Source: Cytophagales bacterium (GTDB lineage: Bacteria; Bacteroidota; Bacteroidia; Cytophagales; UBA9547). From it: a stretch of 64,000 nt of DNA. A program made the translations under genes and the position numbers. Positions within the stretch are counted from its first letter, which is position 1. Each line of letters opens with the position of its first letter. Where the stretch lies: NCBI GenBank assembly GCA_013297755.1, contig JAAFIH010000026.1, positions 281-64,280 on the forward strand, in the 5' to 3' direction. The notes under the pieces were generated by a model. That model did not search any database. It had not been told where the DNA came from and worked only from the letters and a program-made list of their open reading frames with translations. This document shows, one piece after another, positions 36,515 through 45,758 of this stretch.

Positions 36515-36590
36515 TCAAAAGTCCCTCCCTTTTGGATTCTGTGGCATTGTAACAGAAATTGGGTTGGGGTGGGGCTAAAAAAAAAGGTAT
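36515..36590 (+). repeat. Isolated copy of GC-rich hairpin-repeat modules related to those at 422-440 and 767-788
   Basis: agtccctcccttttgga, ttctgtggcattgtaacagaa (ttctgt/acagaa stem) and gggttggggtggggc. Confidence 0.6.
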
Positions 36591-37016
36591 TTATTTTAAA
36601 AAAAATCTTAGATTCGTTTGCCCTGATACCCCAAATTTGTCTATATATATTTATATCCATTACAGGGGTGTTTGCCCAAAATTATAAAGCACCTAAAATA
36701 GACGTATCAGGTATTTCAAAACTAGAGATGGTGTACAAATTGGGACAATTACAACAAGAAGCCACTGAAACTTCATGTATTTGTTGTCTGATACTTATTT
36801 TGGTAAAAACTTTACAGTTTGTCCACCTTCAAATGGAATTTGTGAGGTAAATGATGATAAAGGCAACGTGGTTTTATTAATCCATGAAAATTACAAAGCC
36901 CTGGCTGCTTGTGCTTTTCATTGTCTACAAATGAAAAAAGAAGGTAAAGAAATGAAAATTAAGTAGTATCAATTTATGGGAGTTTCAGAAAATGAAACTC
37001 CCTATTTATTCTAAAA

Positions 37017-37580
37017 ATGGAAAATACTAAAATTAATATCAAAAACATGGTTTGCTCTAGGTGCATAATGGCAGTAGAAAGCGTTTTGTTAAGCATGGAA
37101 TTAGTAGATTTCAAAGTGGCTTTAGGCGAAGTAAACCTCAAAAATGAACTTTCAAGTACTCAAAGGCTTCAATTACAGAATGAGCTTTTAAGGCTTGGAT
37201 TTGCATTAATTGATGATAAGAAATCAATGACTATTGAGCGTACAAAAAACCTCCTTATTGACTTAATTCAAAATAGAAACAATAATATACATGTTAATTA
37301 TTCTCAATTTTTATCAAAAGAACTAGGGCTTGACTACAGTTATTTGAGTAATCTATTTTCTTCTATCGAGAATATTACAATCGAAAAATACATTATTTTA
37401 CAAAAGATAGAAAGGGTAAAAGAATTGATGATGTACGATGAATATTCTTTGAATCAAATTGCAGATTTGTTGAACTACAGTAGTGTACAGGCTCTTTCTG
37501 GTCAATTTAAAAAGATAACTGGGTTTTCTCCAGCTTATTATAAGAAGCTGAAAGAAAACAAAAGAAAAGCACTTGGATAA
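37017..37580 (+). CDS. AraC-family transcriptional regulator with N-terminal HMA-like (CxxC) sensor domain
   Basis: The N-terminus INIKNMVCSRCIMAVESVL resembles an HMA metal-binding loop. The C-terminus is an AraC HTH (YSLNQIADLLNYSSVQALSGQFKKITGFSPAYYKK). Confidence 0.75.
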   Translation: MENTKINIKNMVCSRCIMAVESVLLSMELVDFKVALGEVNLKNELSSTQRLQLQNELLRLGFALIDDKKSMTIERTKNLLIDLIQNRNNNIHVNYSQFLSKELGLDYSYLSNLFSSIENITIEKYIILQKIERVKELMMYDEYSLNQIADLLNYSSVQALSGQFKKITGFSPAYYKKLKENKRKALG

Positions 37581-37813
37581 AGCATATATTTTATAACACA
37601 AACCCAAAGAAATGCCAAAAAAATTAAGCAAAAAAACTTTTGTGAATAATTAAAAAGCTGTTATCTCCTCAAAAAACGGAATTATTCTCATAAATTAACC
37701 CAAAGAGGAAGGAATCAATTTAAATAATACAATTAATCGAATATTACTAAAAATAGGGACTTTGTCAATTAAAGTTCGCAGTACCTTTTTACACATTCAA
37801 AATCAAATTAAAA

Positions 37814-40114
37814 ATGAAAAAATTACTTACCTTAGTTTTTATATTATCAACCTTTTGCTTGTTTTGTCAATCAAAAATTGTTCGTGGAGTAGTTATGGAA
37901 GAATCACAAAAAGGTGTATTTTTTCCTTTAGTGGGTACCCCTGTATATTGGCTTGGCAACCCAAGTTTGGGAGCAGTAACTGACACAAGTGGTGTATTTA
38001 CGATTGCCATGCAACCTGAATATAACAAACTCATTGTCAGTTATTTGGGTTATAAATCAGACACTATTTTAGTAAAAGGAACTGAAAAACTGAGAATAAT
38101 TTTGGCTTCTCAAAACTCAAAAGAATTATCAGAAGTAGAAATTACAGAACGCATAAGTAGCAGTTCTATCAATGCTTTGAGTGCATTAAACACCAAAATA
38201 ATGACTGAAAAAGAGCTTTTTAAAGCTGCCTGTTGCAATTTGAGCGAAAGTTTTGAAACCAATCCCTCGGTAGATGTCAATTTTGCAGATGCTGTTACAG
38301 GTGCAAAACAAATTTCAATGCTGGGGCTTTCGGGTATTTATACCCAAATCACTACAGAAAACATGCCAGATATTCGTGGCTTGGGAAGTGCTTATGGCTT
38401 GAGCTATATTCCTGGACCTTGGATAGAATCTATACAAGTTACCAAAGGCATTGGCTCTGTGGCAAATGGCTACGAAAGTATAACAGGGCAAATAAATATC
38501 GAACTCAAAAAACCAGAAATTACCGTAAAAAAAGGAGAAAAAGTGTATGCCAATACCTACGTAAATTCGTTTGGTAGGGTAGAAGCAAATTTAAACATAG
38601 CCACAAAAATCAACCAAAAATGGAGTACAGCCACCCTTTTGCATGGCGATAATATGCAAACAGTTATGGATTTTAATAAAGATAATTTTATGGATATGCC
38701 TATGGGTAGGCAAATAAATGCAATTAATAGATGGAAATATGAAAACAAAAATTGGGTGGTGCAATTTGGTGGAAAATTACTTTTGGACGAACGATTTGGT
38801 GGGCAATATCAATATAATGATTCATTAAGTCAGCATATTGGACACCAAAAGGTAAATTTACCAGAACTTTATAAAATCGAAAACCTTACCCAAAGAGGAG
38901 AACTATTTAGTAAGATAGGATATGTATTTCCAAATAAAAAATATAAAAGTATGGGTTTGCAGATCAGCTTTTTAGAACATAATCAAAACCAAAGTTTTGG
39001 TGGAGGATTATATAAAGGAAATCAACAAAATGTGTATGCTAATTTTATTTATCAATCTATAATAGGAAACACTAATCACAAATGTAGGATTGGAACTAGT
39101 TTTATTGAAGATAAATATTTTGAATATTTTAAATCAAATGGCATTTCAAATACAAAATATAGTCCACTAAAAAGAACCGAAATTGTACCAGGAGTATTTG
39201 GGGAATACACATGGGTGATTTCGCCAAAACTTACTGTCATTTGTGGGCTTCGTGCAGATTATCACAACTATTTTGGACTACAAATATCTCCTCGCCTACA
39301 TGGGAAATATGACCTATCCGAAAAAACGCATATTCGTTTTTCAGGAGGTAGAGGCTTTCGTACTGCCAATATTATTGCAGATAATTTTGGGTATTTTATA
39401 TCAGGTCGAACGGATTTCTTTACAGGAAATTATGAAATTGACAAATATCCTTACGGAATTTCAACTCCTGAAATTGCATGGAATTATGGATTGAGTTTTG
39501 TCCAAGATTTCAGATTAAATTACAGAAAAGGTAATATTACACTAGATTTTTATCGTACAGATTTTGAAAAACAAGTAGTTGCTGATATTATTTCTGATTA
39601 TACCAAAATCCAATATTATGTATTGAGCGGACAAAGTTATGCCAATAGTTTTCAGGCAGAATTTAATTACGAATTGGCTAAAAGATTAGATATTCGCTTG
39701 GCTTATCGTTTTTATGATGTGCAAACCAAATATATTTCTGGTTGGCAACAACGACCTTTTATATCAAAACATCGTTTTTTTGTAAATGCAAGCTATGAAA
39801 CCCGTTCTAAATTCAAATTTGATGCCACTCTCAATTGGAATGGACCAAAATTATTACCACAAACTGTAGAATATGCCCAAAAATATTCTCCTGATTTTAT
39901 TACTGTTAATGCACAACTCAGCAAATCGTTTGGTTCTGAGCAAAAACATTGGTTTGATATGTACATAGGTGGCGAAAACTTGACAGGTTTTCGACAAGAT
40001 TTGGCAATTATAAATGCCCAAAATCCTTTTAATCAAGGCTTTGATGCTGCTCAAATTTGGGCTCCAATCACAGGAGCTATGATTTATGTTGGCGGTAGAT
40101 ATAAATGGAAATAA
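37814..40114 (+). CDS. TonB-dependent receptor (CarboxypepD_reg-like N-domain, plug, beta-barrel)
   Basis: Signal peptide, VRGVVMEE...GVFTI...VSYLGYKSD, plug IESIQVTKGIGSVANGYESITGQINI, and an aromatic C-terminus GGRYKWK. Confidence 0.8.
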   Translation: MKKLLTLVFILSTFCLFCQSKIVRGVVMEESQKGVFFPLVGTPVYWLGNPSLGAVTDTSGVFTIAMQPEYNKLIVSYLGYKSDTILVKGTEKLRIILASQNSKELSEVEITERISSSSINALSALNTKIMTEKELFKAACCNLSESFETNPSVDVNFADAVTGAKQISMLGLSGIYTQITTENMPDIRGLGSAYGLSYIPGPWIESIQVTKGIGSVANGYESITGQINIELKKPEITVKKGEKVYANTYVNSFGRVEANLNIATKINQKWSTATLLHGDNMQTVMDFNKDNFMDMPMGRQINAINRWKYENKNWVVQFGGKLLLDERFGGQYQYNDSLSQHIGHQKVNLPELYKIENLTQRGELFSKIGYVFPNKKYKSMGLQISFLEHNQNQSFGGGLYKGNQQNVYANFIYQSIIGNTNHKCRIGTSFIEDKYFEYFKSNGISNTKYSPLKRTEIVPGVFGEYTWVISPKLTVICGLRADYHNYFGLQISPRLHGKYDLSEKTHIRFSGGRGFRTANIIADNFGYFISGRTDFFTGNYEIDKYPYGISTPEIAWNYGLSFVQDFRLNYRKGNITLDFYRTDFEKQVVADIISDYTKIQYYVLSGQSYANSFQAEFNYELAKRLDIRLAYRFYDVQTKYISGWQQRPFISKHRFFVNASYETRSKFKFDATLNWNGPKLLPQTVEYAQKYSPDFITVNAQLSKSFGSEQKHWFDMYIGGENLTGFRQDLAIINAQNPFNQGFDAAQIWAPITGAMIYVGGRYKWK

Positions 40115-40144
40115 CTTTTTTAGATTTTTAATATTAATAAATTA

Positions 40145-42601
40145 TTACTTTTTTTTATCTAAAAATCCAGTTAATACCAATTTTATGTTTATATTTCTAC
40201 CCATGTTGAATACCCCTCTACGCCCTGTTAGTGGGTTTATATCCAAATATTTGAGCCTACTTTGATGTGATTGGTAGGTTTGGTCAAAAATATTATTAAC
40301 TGATAAAAATATTGAAACAATATTACTTTTTTTATTAATTACAATTTCTGAACCAACACCCAAATTTAACAGTGCATAAGCTGGAGTTGCAGTTTCTGTT
40401 TGATTTGCTTTCAAATACTGGTTTTGAGCTTGGGTAGTTTCAAGCTCTAGACTTGCGTAAGAATTTTTTAAAAATTTACCCATTTTATCTTTTGTAAATT
40501 TTATTTGCGAAAGCCACCTTGGAGCAGGCATAAAAGGCAAATATCGTGCAGAATCACTATTATTGCTCAAATTTTGAGCCCTAACAATAGAAAAATTTTG
40601 TGTAAAACTTATCCATCTAGCATTTTCGGGACTGATAGTAGCCACTGCTTCGCCCCCAAACAAAATGGCATTTCCTTGCACATACTGAAAAGTAGGCACT
40701 GCACTCAAAGGATTTACTAAGCTATCGCCCCCAAATTTTGACAATATTTTTTGGCTAAAAGTATAATTTGAAATACTGTTTTGAAATAAATTGACATCAA
40801 AATAAAAGTTTTTGTTTTCGTAAGTCATACCAATATCTGATTGAAAAGAAGTTTCAGATTTCTGATTAATATTACCATATTCATATCTAAAAGTGCCAGA
40901 ATGTTCGCCATTAGATGCAATCTCTGGCACTGTTGGGGCTCTAAATCCACGAGCTAAATTTGTTTTGAAAAGTAATTTGTCTGATACAAAAAATACCAAA
41001 CCCACACTTCCTGTAAAGTTATTAAAATCTTTGTTAAACCCCGAAAATCTTACAGTAGAGTTGGGGCTATTTGTAGATTGAAATTTGCCATTATCATCTA
41101 CAAAAAGTTTATCTATTTGCAAATTTCTACTATCAACCCTAAGGCCACCGCTAAGGTGCCATCGATTAAATTTTTGTTTAGAGAAAATAAATATTCCATT
41201 ATCACGCATTTGATAATTAGGATAAAGCACTTCAGCACCTTTGTTGGTTTGGGTTTGATACATTCCATTACTGCCAATAGTGATTTCAGTATTTTGACTT
41301 GAAATAGGATGCCATTTGAGGTCGTAATAGAGTGTTTGCAAATGAAAATATAAAGTAGGAATATTTGGTTGAAATATATCGCCATATTCCTTGCGGTGAT
41401 TTTGAGCCATTGAAATAATAGCTTGCAAGGTAGTTTTGCCAAGATATAAGTAATTATTCCAAGAAATTTTTTGATTAGTAAGGTTTTGAGACGATGATGG
41501 ATTTATTTCTCTTGTATTTAACTCATCGTCTGAAAGTGTTTTTTCTATGATTTGTTGGTTGGATTGTAACATTTGCGTTTTAAATTTACCAATACTGTCT
41601 CTTGTGCCTTCTATAATATTTACTTTGTTGTTGAAACTCGACAAATAGACATGAGAATATCCCCATTTTCTTTGCAATCCTATCATACCATTGATATTAT
41701 GTTCGTTAAAATTTGAACCAAATACAGCACCATCATATTTATTTTGGTAATTATTTGCGTTTTTGTGAGATAATCTCATTCGCCAAACTATTCCTTTTTG
41801 ATGGCCTGTAACCATACCAGTAATACCATACATTTGATTGTTGGTTTGGTAATTTAATAGAGTTTTTGCTTGTATTTTTCCTTCTTCGATAATTCTTGGC
41901 GAAAACAGCGACATCACTCCACCAAGTCCATCAGATCCATACATCAAACTGCCTGCACCTCGTATGATTTCGTATCTATCTATCGAATACTCATCTACTT
42001 GTATGGCGTGTTCTTCGCCCCATTGGTTGTCCTCTTGCCGCACTCCATCGTGCATGGTAATCACTCGATTGAATCCTAACCCACGAATCATAGGTTTTGA
42101 TAGCTGACTTCCAGTAGTTACTTGACTCATACCTGGTTGTTTGGCAATAGCATCAGTCAGATTTGTGGCATTTCCTTGAAGCCACTGTAGATGCGAAAAT
42201 GTGCTAATTGCCAATGGACTTTCTTTGATGATAGTACGACTGTTGGCTCCACTCACTATGACTTCGTCCAAAGATTGAGCCGAGTTTTCCATAGTGTAAT
42301 TTACTGAATATGAGCTATCTATGGTTATTTTATCAACAATAGTTTTGTGAGAAACATATTTTATTTCTAATGTAATATTACCTTTTGAAATATTTGAAAA
42401 TACAAAATTTCCATCAATATCAGTTGTAGTGATTTTGTTTAATTCAATCAAATATATAGTAGCACCTATGATAGGTTCTTTGTTTTCGATATGTACAATA
42501 TTACCTTTAAGTACATATTGAGAGTAAGATATGCAACAATTTACTAAAAAAATACATACCAAATTTACTTTAGACATTTGTGTTTTACTTATTTTAAACA
42601 A
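40145..42601 (-). CDS. TonB-dependent receptor (CarboxypepD_reg-like N-domain, plug, beta-barrel)
   Basis: LKGNIVHIENKEPIIGATIYL...DGNFVF, LDEVIVSG, and plug IRGLGFNRVITMHDGVRQEDNQWGEEH...YEIIRGAGSLMYGSDGLGGV. Confidence 0.85.
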   Translation of the reverse strand: MFKISKTQMSKVNLVCIFLVNCCISYSQYVLKGNIVHIENKEPIIGATIYLIELNKITTTDIDGNFVFSNISKGNITLEIKYVSHKTIVDKITIDSSYSVNYTMENSAQSLDEVIVSGANSRTIIKESPLAISTFSHLQWLQGNATNLTDAIAKQPGMSQVTTGSQLSKPMIRGLGFNRVITMHDGVRQEDNQWGEEHAIQVDEYSIDRYEIIRGAGSLMYGSDGLGGVMSLFSPRIIEEGKIQAKTLLNYQTNNQMYGITGMVTGHQKGIVWRMRLSHKNANNYQNKYDGAVFGSNFNEHNINGMIGLQRKWGYSHVYLSSFNNKVNIIEGTRDSIGKFKTQMLQSNQQIIEKTLSDDELNTREINPSSSQNLTNQKISWNNYLYLGKTTLQAIISMAQNHRKEYGDIFQPNIPTLYFHLQTLYYDLKWHPISSQNTEITIGSNGMYQTQTNKGAEVLYPNYQMRDNGIFIFSKQKFNRWHLSGGLRVDSRNLQIDKLFVDDNGKFQSTNSPNSTVRFSGFNKDFNNFTGSVGLVFFVSDKLLFKTNLARGFRAPTVPEIASNGEHSGTFRYEYGNINQKSETSFQSDIGMTYENKNFYFDVNLFQNSISNYTFSQKILSKFGGDSLVNPLSAVPTFQYVQGNAILFGGEAVATISPENARWISFTQNFSIVRAQNLSNNSDSARYLPFMPAPRWLSQIKFTKDKMGKFLKNSYASLELETTQAQNQYLKANQTETATPAYALLNLGVGSEIVINKKSNIVSIFLSVNNIFDQTYQSHQSRLKYLDINPLTGRRGVFNMGRNINIKLVLTGFLDKKK

Positions 42602-42632
42602 AAAAAGGTCTGAAAATAAATGCAGACCTTTT
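42601..42632 (-). terminator. Intrinsic terminator after the TPR gene
   Basis: ggtctg-(10 nt)-cagacc with a T-run on the minus strand. Confidence 0.6.
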
Positions 42633-42656
42633 AATTTTTTAATTTTTTATTAAATA

Positions 42657-43766
42657 TTACTCAATTTTTTTATTTATTTTCATTTTTGTATATAAATTAT
42701 TAATTTGAGTTTTAAGTTTGGCATCTTTGCTTACATCGTAAGATTTTTCTAAATATGGAATAGCAGATTTATACAAATCATCTCTTTTGGGCTCAAGTGA
42801 TTTGCCTGTTGTATTGTAGTCTTTTAGTGTCATGGCATTGATTTTTTTGTTCAAATTATCGCCTTCATCCAAACAAATAAATCCCATCATATAGTTTGAG
42901 CCTTCGTTAGTAGGGTCTATTTCGAGTGATTTTTGGAAATTTTCTTTTGCTTTTACACCATCGTTGCTTTGTTTGTAGAGTATTCCAAGGTTGTAAAGAT
43001 ACATGGCAGCATTTTTGGAATCATTTTTTATGGCATCGTTTAATTTTGTAATAGCCTCATCTTTTTTGCCTGCATCTAATGCTTGATTGATTTCTTCGGC
43101 CATAAAATAGCTATCTGTTGGGTACAAAGCCCTAGCTTCGGCCAATACTTTAGCAGTATTTTCTTTGTCTTTTAGTTCTTCTTTCAGTATATAATATAGT
43201 TGGCTGTAATTCTTTTTGGCTTTGTTGCCCATACCAATAAATTTGGTAAGAGCATCTTTGGCATATACATAATCTTTGGCTTGTATGGCTATATTGGCAC
43301 CAGTAATTACAGAAGAGGTATCATTTGGGTTTACCATAGAGGCCAAAGTCATAAAATTGAGTGCAGCTGGATAGTCTTGTTCGTTGTACTTTTCTATTCC
43401 ATTATTAAATGTGGTAGCACGTACTCCTTCCAATCGGCTGGGGATTTGTTTGGCAAATTCTCCATTAGGTTTATCTAGCGAAAGCGATTTGTTGTATGCT
43501 TCTGCAATAATTTTGATAGCGTTTGATTTTGATTCAAGTTTTGTAACAGAAGTATCTTTGCTAAATGCTATGGCTTCGTAAATATTACCTTTATAAAACC
43601 AACCTTTGGCATCTGTGGCCGATTTTTCTTTGGCCATATATTTATCAATATTTTCTTTGGCTTGACGTATTTGGCCATCTTGCATAAAAAGAATGGCATT
43701 TGTTAATTGTGCATAACTTGTGGCAACTGCACAAGCAACTAATAAAACTGAGATTGTTTTTTTCAT
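42657..43766 (-). CDS. Secreted TPR-repeat protein
   Basis: Signal peptide MKKTISVLLVACAVATSYAQ and several TPR-like helical pairs (AMYLYNLGILYKQSNDGVKAKENFQKSLEIDP). Confidence 0.7.
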   Translation of the reverse strand: MKKTISVLLVACAVATSYAQLTNAILFMQDGQIRQAKENIDKYMAKEKSATDAKGWFYKGNIYEAIAFSKDTSVTKLESKSNAIKIIAEAYNKSLSLDKPNGEFAKQIPSRLEGVRATTFNNGIEKYNEQDYPAALNFMTLASMVNPNDTSSVITGANIAIQAKDYVYAKDALTKFIGMGNKAKKNYSQLYYILKEELKDKENTAKVLAEARALYPTDSYFMAEEINQALDAGKKDEAITKLNDAIKNDSKNAAMYLYNLGILYKQSNDGVKAKENFQKSLEIDPTNEGSNYMMGFICLDEGDNLNKKINAMTLKDYNTTGKSLEPKRDDLYKSAIPYLEKSYDVSKDAKLKTQINNLYTKMKINKKIE

Positions 43767-43802
43767 TTTGATTGTTTGTAAATTTTGTTGTTTTTAATTG
43801 TT

Positions 43803-44285
43803 TTAAATTCCAAATTGATGCAATAATTCAGGTGTTAAAGGTTTTCCACTTGATACTTCTTTGAAAATGCGTTCATACAACGATATTTTTTCTTGTTGCG
43901 ATTTTAATGTTATCACAATTTGGCTTTGCTCTTCGTTCACTTTTGCTACATAAGTGCGTCTGTCCCATAGTATAAGACCAAAAATAGATATAAATCCTGC
44001 AAGTACACTTGTAGATAAAATTAGAATCATGGTTGTTGAGGTCGTTTTGAAATCATCAATTTGTTTTCTAGTATCATCAATTTGTTTTCTAGTGTCATCA
44101 ATTTGTAATCTTATTTCATTTATTTGAGTTTGCATCATTTCAAATTTCTCGTCAGATCGCTTAAAACCCTCTTGCATTTGAACTTGAATACGAATAATAT
44201 TTTCTCTATCTGCCTGAGTAAAGCCGTTTTGAGCCAAGGTTGATATCGAAAAAATACAAATAAATGTACAAATTACATTTTTCAT
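43803..44285 (-). CDS. Signal-peptide / coiled-coil / TM protein with an in-frame QIDDTRK tandem repeat
   Basis: ATG at 44285 gives MKNVICTFICIFSISTLAQ. A 21-bp repeat lies at about 44040-44105. The TM helix is MILILSTSVLAGFISIFGLIL. Confidence 0.6.
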   Translation of the reverse strand: MKNVICTFICIFSISTLAQNGFTQADRENIIRIQVQMQEGFKRSDEKFEMMQTQINEIRLQIDDTRKQIDDTRKQIDDFKTTSTTMILILSTSVLAGFISIFGLILWDRRTYVAKVNEEQSQIVITLKSQQEKISLYERIFKEVSSGKPLTPELLHQFGI

Positions 44286-44364
44286 ATCACAAAGATACAC
44301 ACATATTTTAAATTTAAAATAAAAGAGTAAAATTTTAAGTAATTAATATTTCAATATTTTATTA

Positions 44365-45442
44365 CTAATTTTCCATCAGCCAAGCCTTAATAAAATTATC
44401 TAAGTTGCCATCCATTACTGCTTGCACATCAGAAGTTTCTACCCCTGTACGAGCGTCTTTTACTAATTTGTATGGGTGCATCACATAATTTCTAATCTGC
44501 GAACCCCATTCTATTTTCTTTTTTGTGCCTTCAATTTTATCTCTTTCTGCATTTTGTTTGTCGAGTTCTAATTGATACAATTTTGATTTTAGCATCTGCA
44601 TCGCCATTTCTCTGTTGGCATTTTGCGATCTTTCTACTTGGCAAACTACCACTATACCTGTTGGTTTATGGGTAAGTTGAACTTTTGTTTCTACTTTATT
44701 TACATTTTGCCCACCTGCTCCACCAGATCTTGAGGTATGCAATTCGATGTCAGCAGGATTGATTTCTATTTTTATGGTATTGTCGGCAATGGGATAAACA
44801 AATACAGACGAGAATGAAGTGTGTCTTCGAGCATTGGAATCGAACGGAGATATTCTTACTAATCTATGGACGCCAATCTCAGCTTTGAGGTATCCATAGG
44901 CAAAAGGCCCCACAAACTCTATCGTACATGATTTTATACCTGCACCATCGCCATCTTGTCGATCGATTTCTCTAATTTTGTATCCATTTCGCTCACCATA
45001 CATGATGTACATTCGCATGAGCATCTCAGACCAATCTTGACTTTCGGTGCCGCCTGCACCAGAATTTATTTCCAATACGGCTCCCATTTGGTCTTCTTCG
45101 GCATTGAGCATACGTTTTAGCTCCAATTGTTCTAGTAATATTTCTAGTACATCTATTTCTTTTTGAACTTCATTTTCTGTTGCTTCACCAGCTTCTAAAA
45201 ACTCAATCAATACCTCAACTTCGGCTTTTTGTTTCAGAATTTCTGTAAATGGGTCTGTCCACATTTTATACATTCTAATGCCTTTGAGTACTTCTTCGGC
45301 TTTTTGCGAATTGTCCCAAAAATCGGGTGCTGTTGTGTTTCGTTCTTGTTCTTTGATTAGTTCTAGTTTGATGTCGTAGTCAAAGATACCTCCCCAAAGC
45401 CTCAATACGGCTATTCAGATTTTTTGTCTGATCTAAATTCAT
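44365..45442 (-). CDS. prfB: Peptide chain release factor 2, requiring a programmed +1 frameshift
   Basis: Frame 0 runs from ATG 45442, [20 protein letters not shown], then TGA at 45382-45380. The +1 frame continues DYDIKLE... and carries SPF (RISPFDS) and GGQ ([11 protein letters not shown]) motifs. Confidence 0.9.
45379..45395 (-). promoter_or_regulatory. prfB +1 frameshift site with internal SD-like stimulator
   Basis: The minus strand reads ggggagg tat ctt tga c, matching the canonical CUU UGA C slippery/stop context preceded by an SD-like element. Confidence 0.85.
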
Positions 45443-45758
45443 AAATATTTTTTTTACAAAAATATACTATTTTTTCGATTTTTACATTTTGTTTATTAAT
45501 GATTGCTATTTTTGACAAAGGGTTCTATTTTATATAAGCCTTTTTTAGCACTAATTTTTTCAGAATTTAAAATTGGATAAAGCATCTTTTGACTTAATTT
45601 AAAAAGTCATAATTTTTGGTAATAAATTTTTTAGTTAAAATAGTATGTTAAACCAAACAAAATTTTTTAATAATAGTATATGATATATCATTTATTGACT
45701 TTTATAGTTTTTATTTGAGATATTTTTTTAAAGAACACAACTTAATTTAGTTTCTTAG

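Noticed and set aside
37581-37813. Riboswitch (e.g. cobalamin) upstream of the TonB-dependent receptor
   Set aside because: No B12-box-like GCCACTG or other conserved riboswitch core could be recognised by eye. The region is AT-rich and poorly structured.
44365-45405. Track start at 45405 (MRLWGGIF...) for the release factor
   Set aside because: That start is an artefact of the +1 frame. The true gene begins at ATG 45442 and shifts frame at CUU UGA C (45385-45379).
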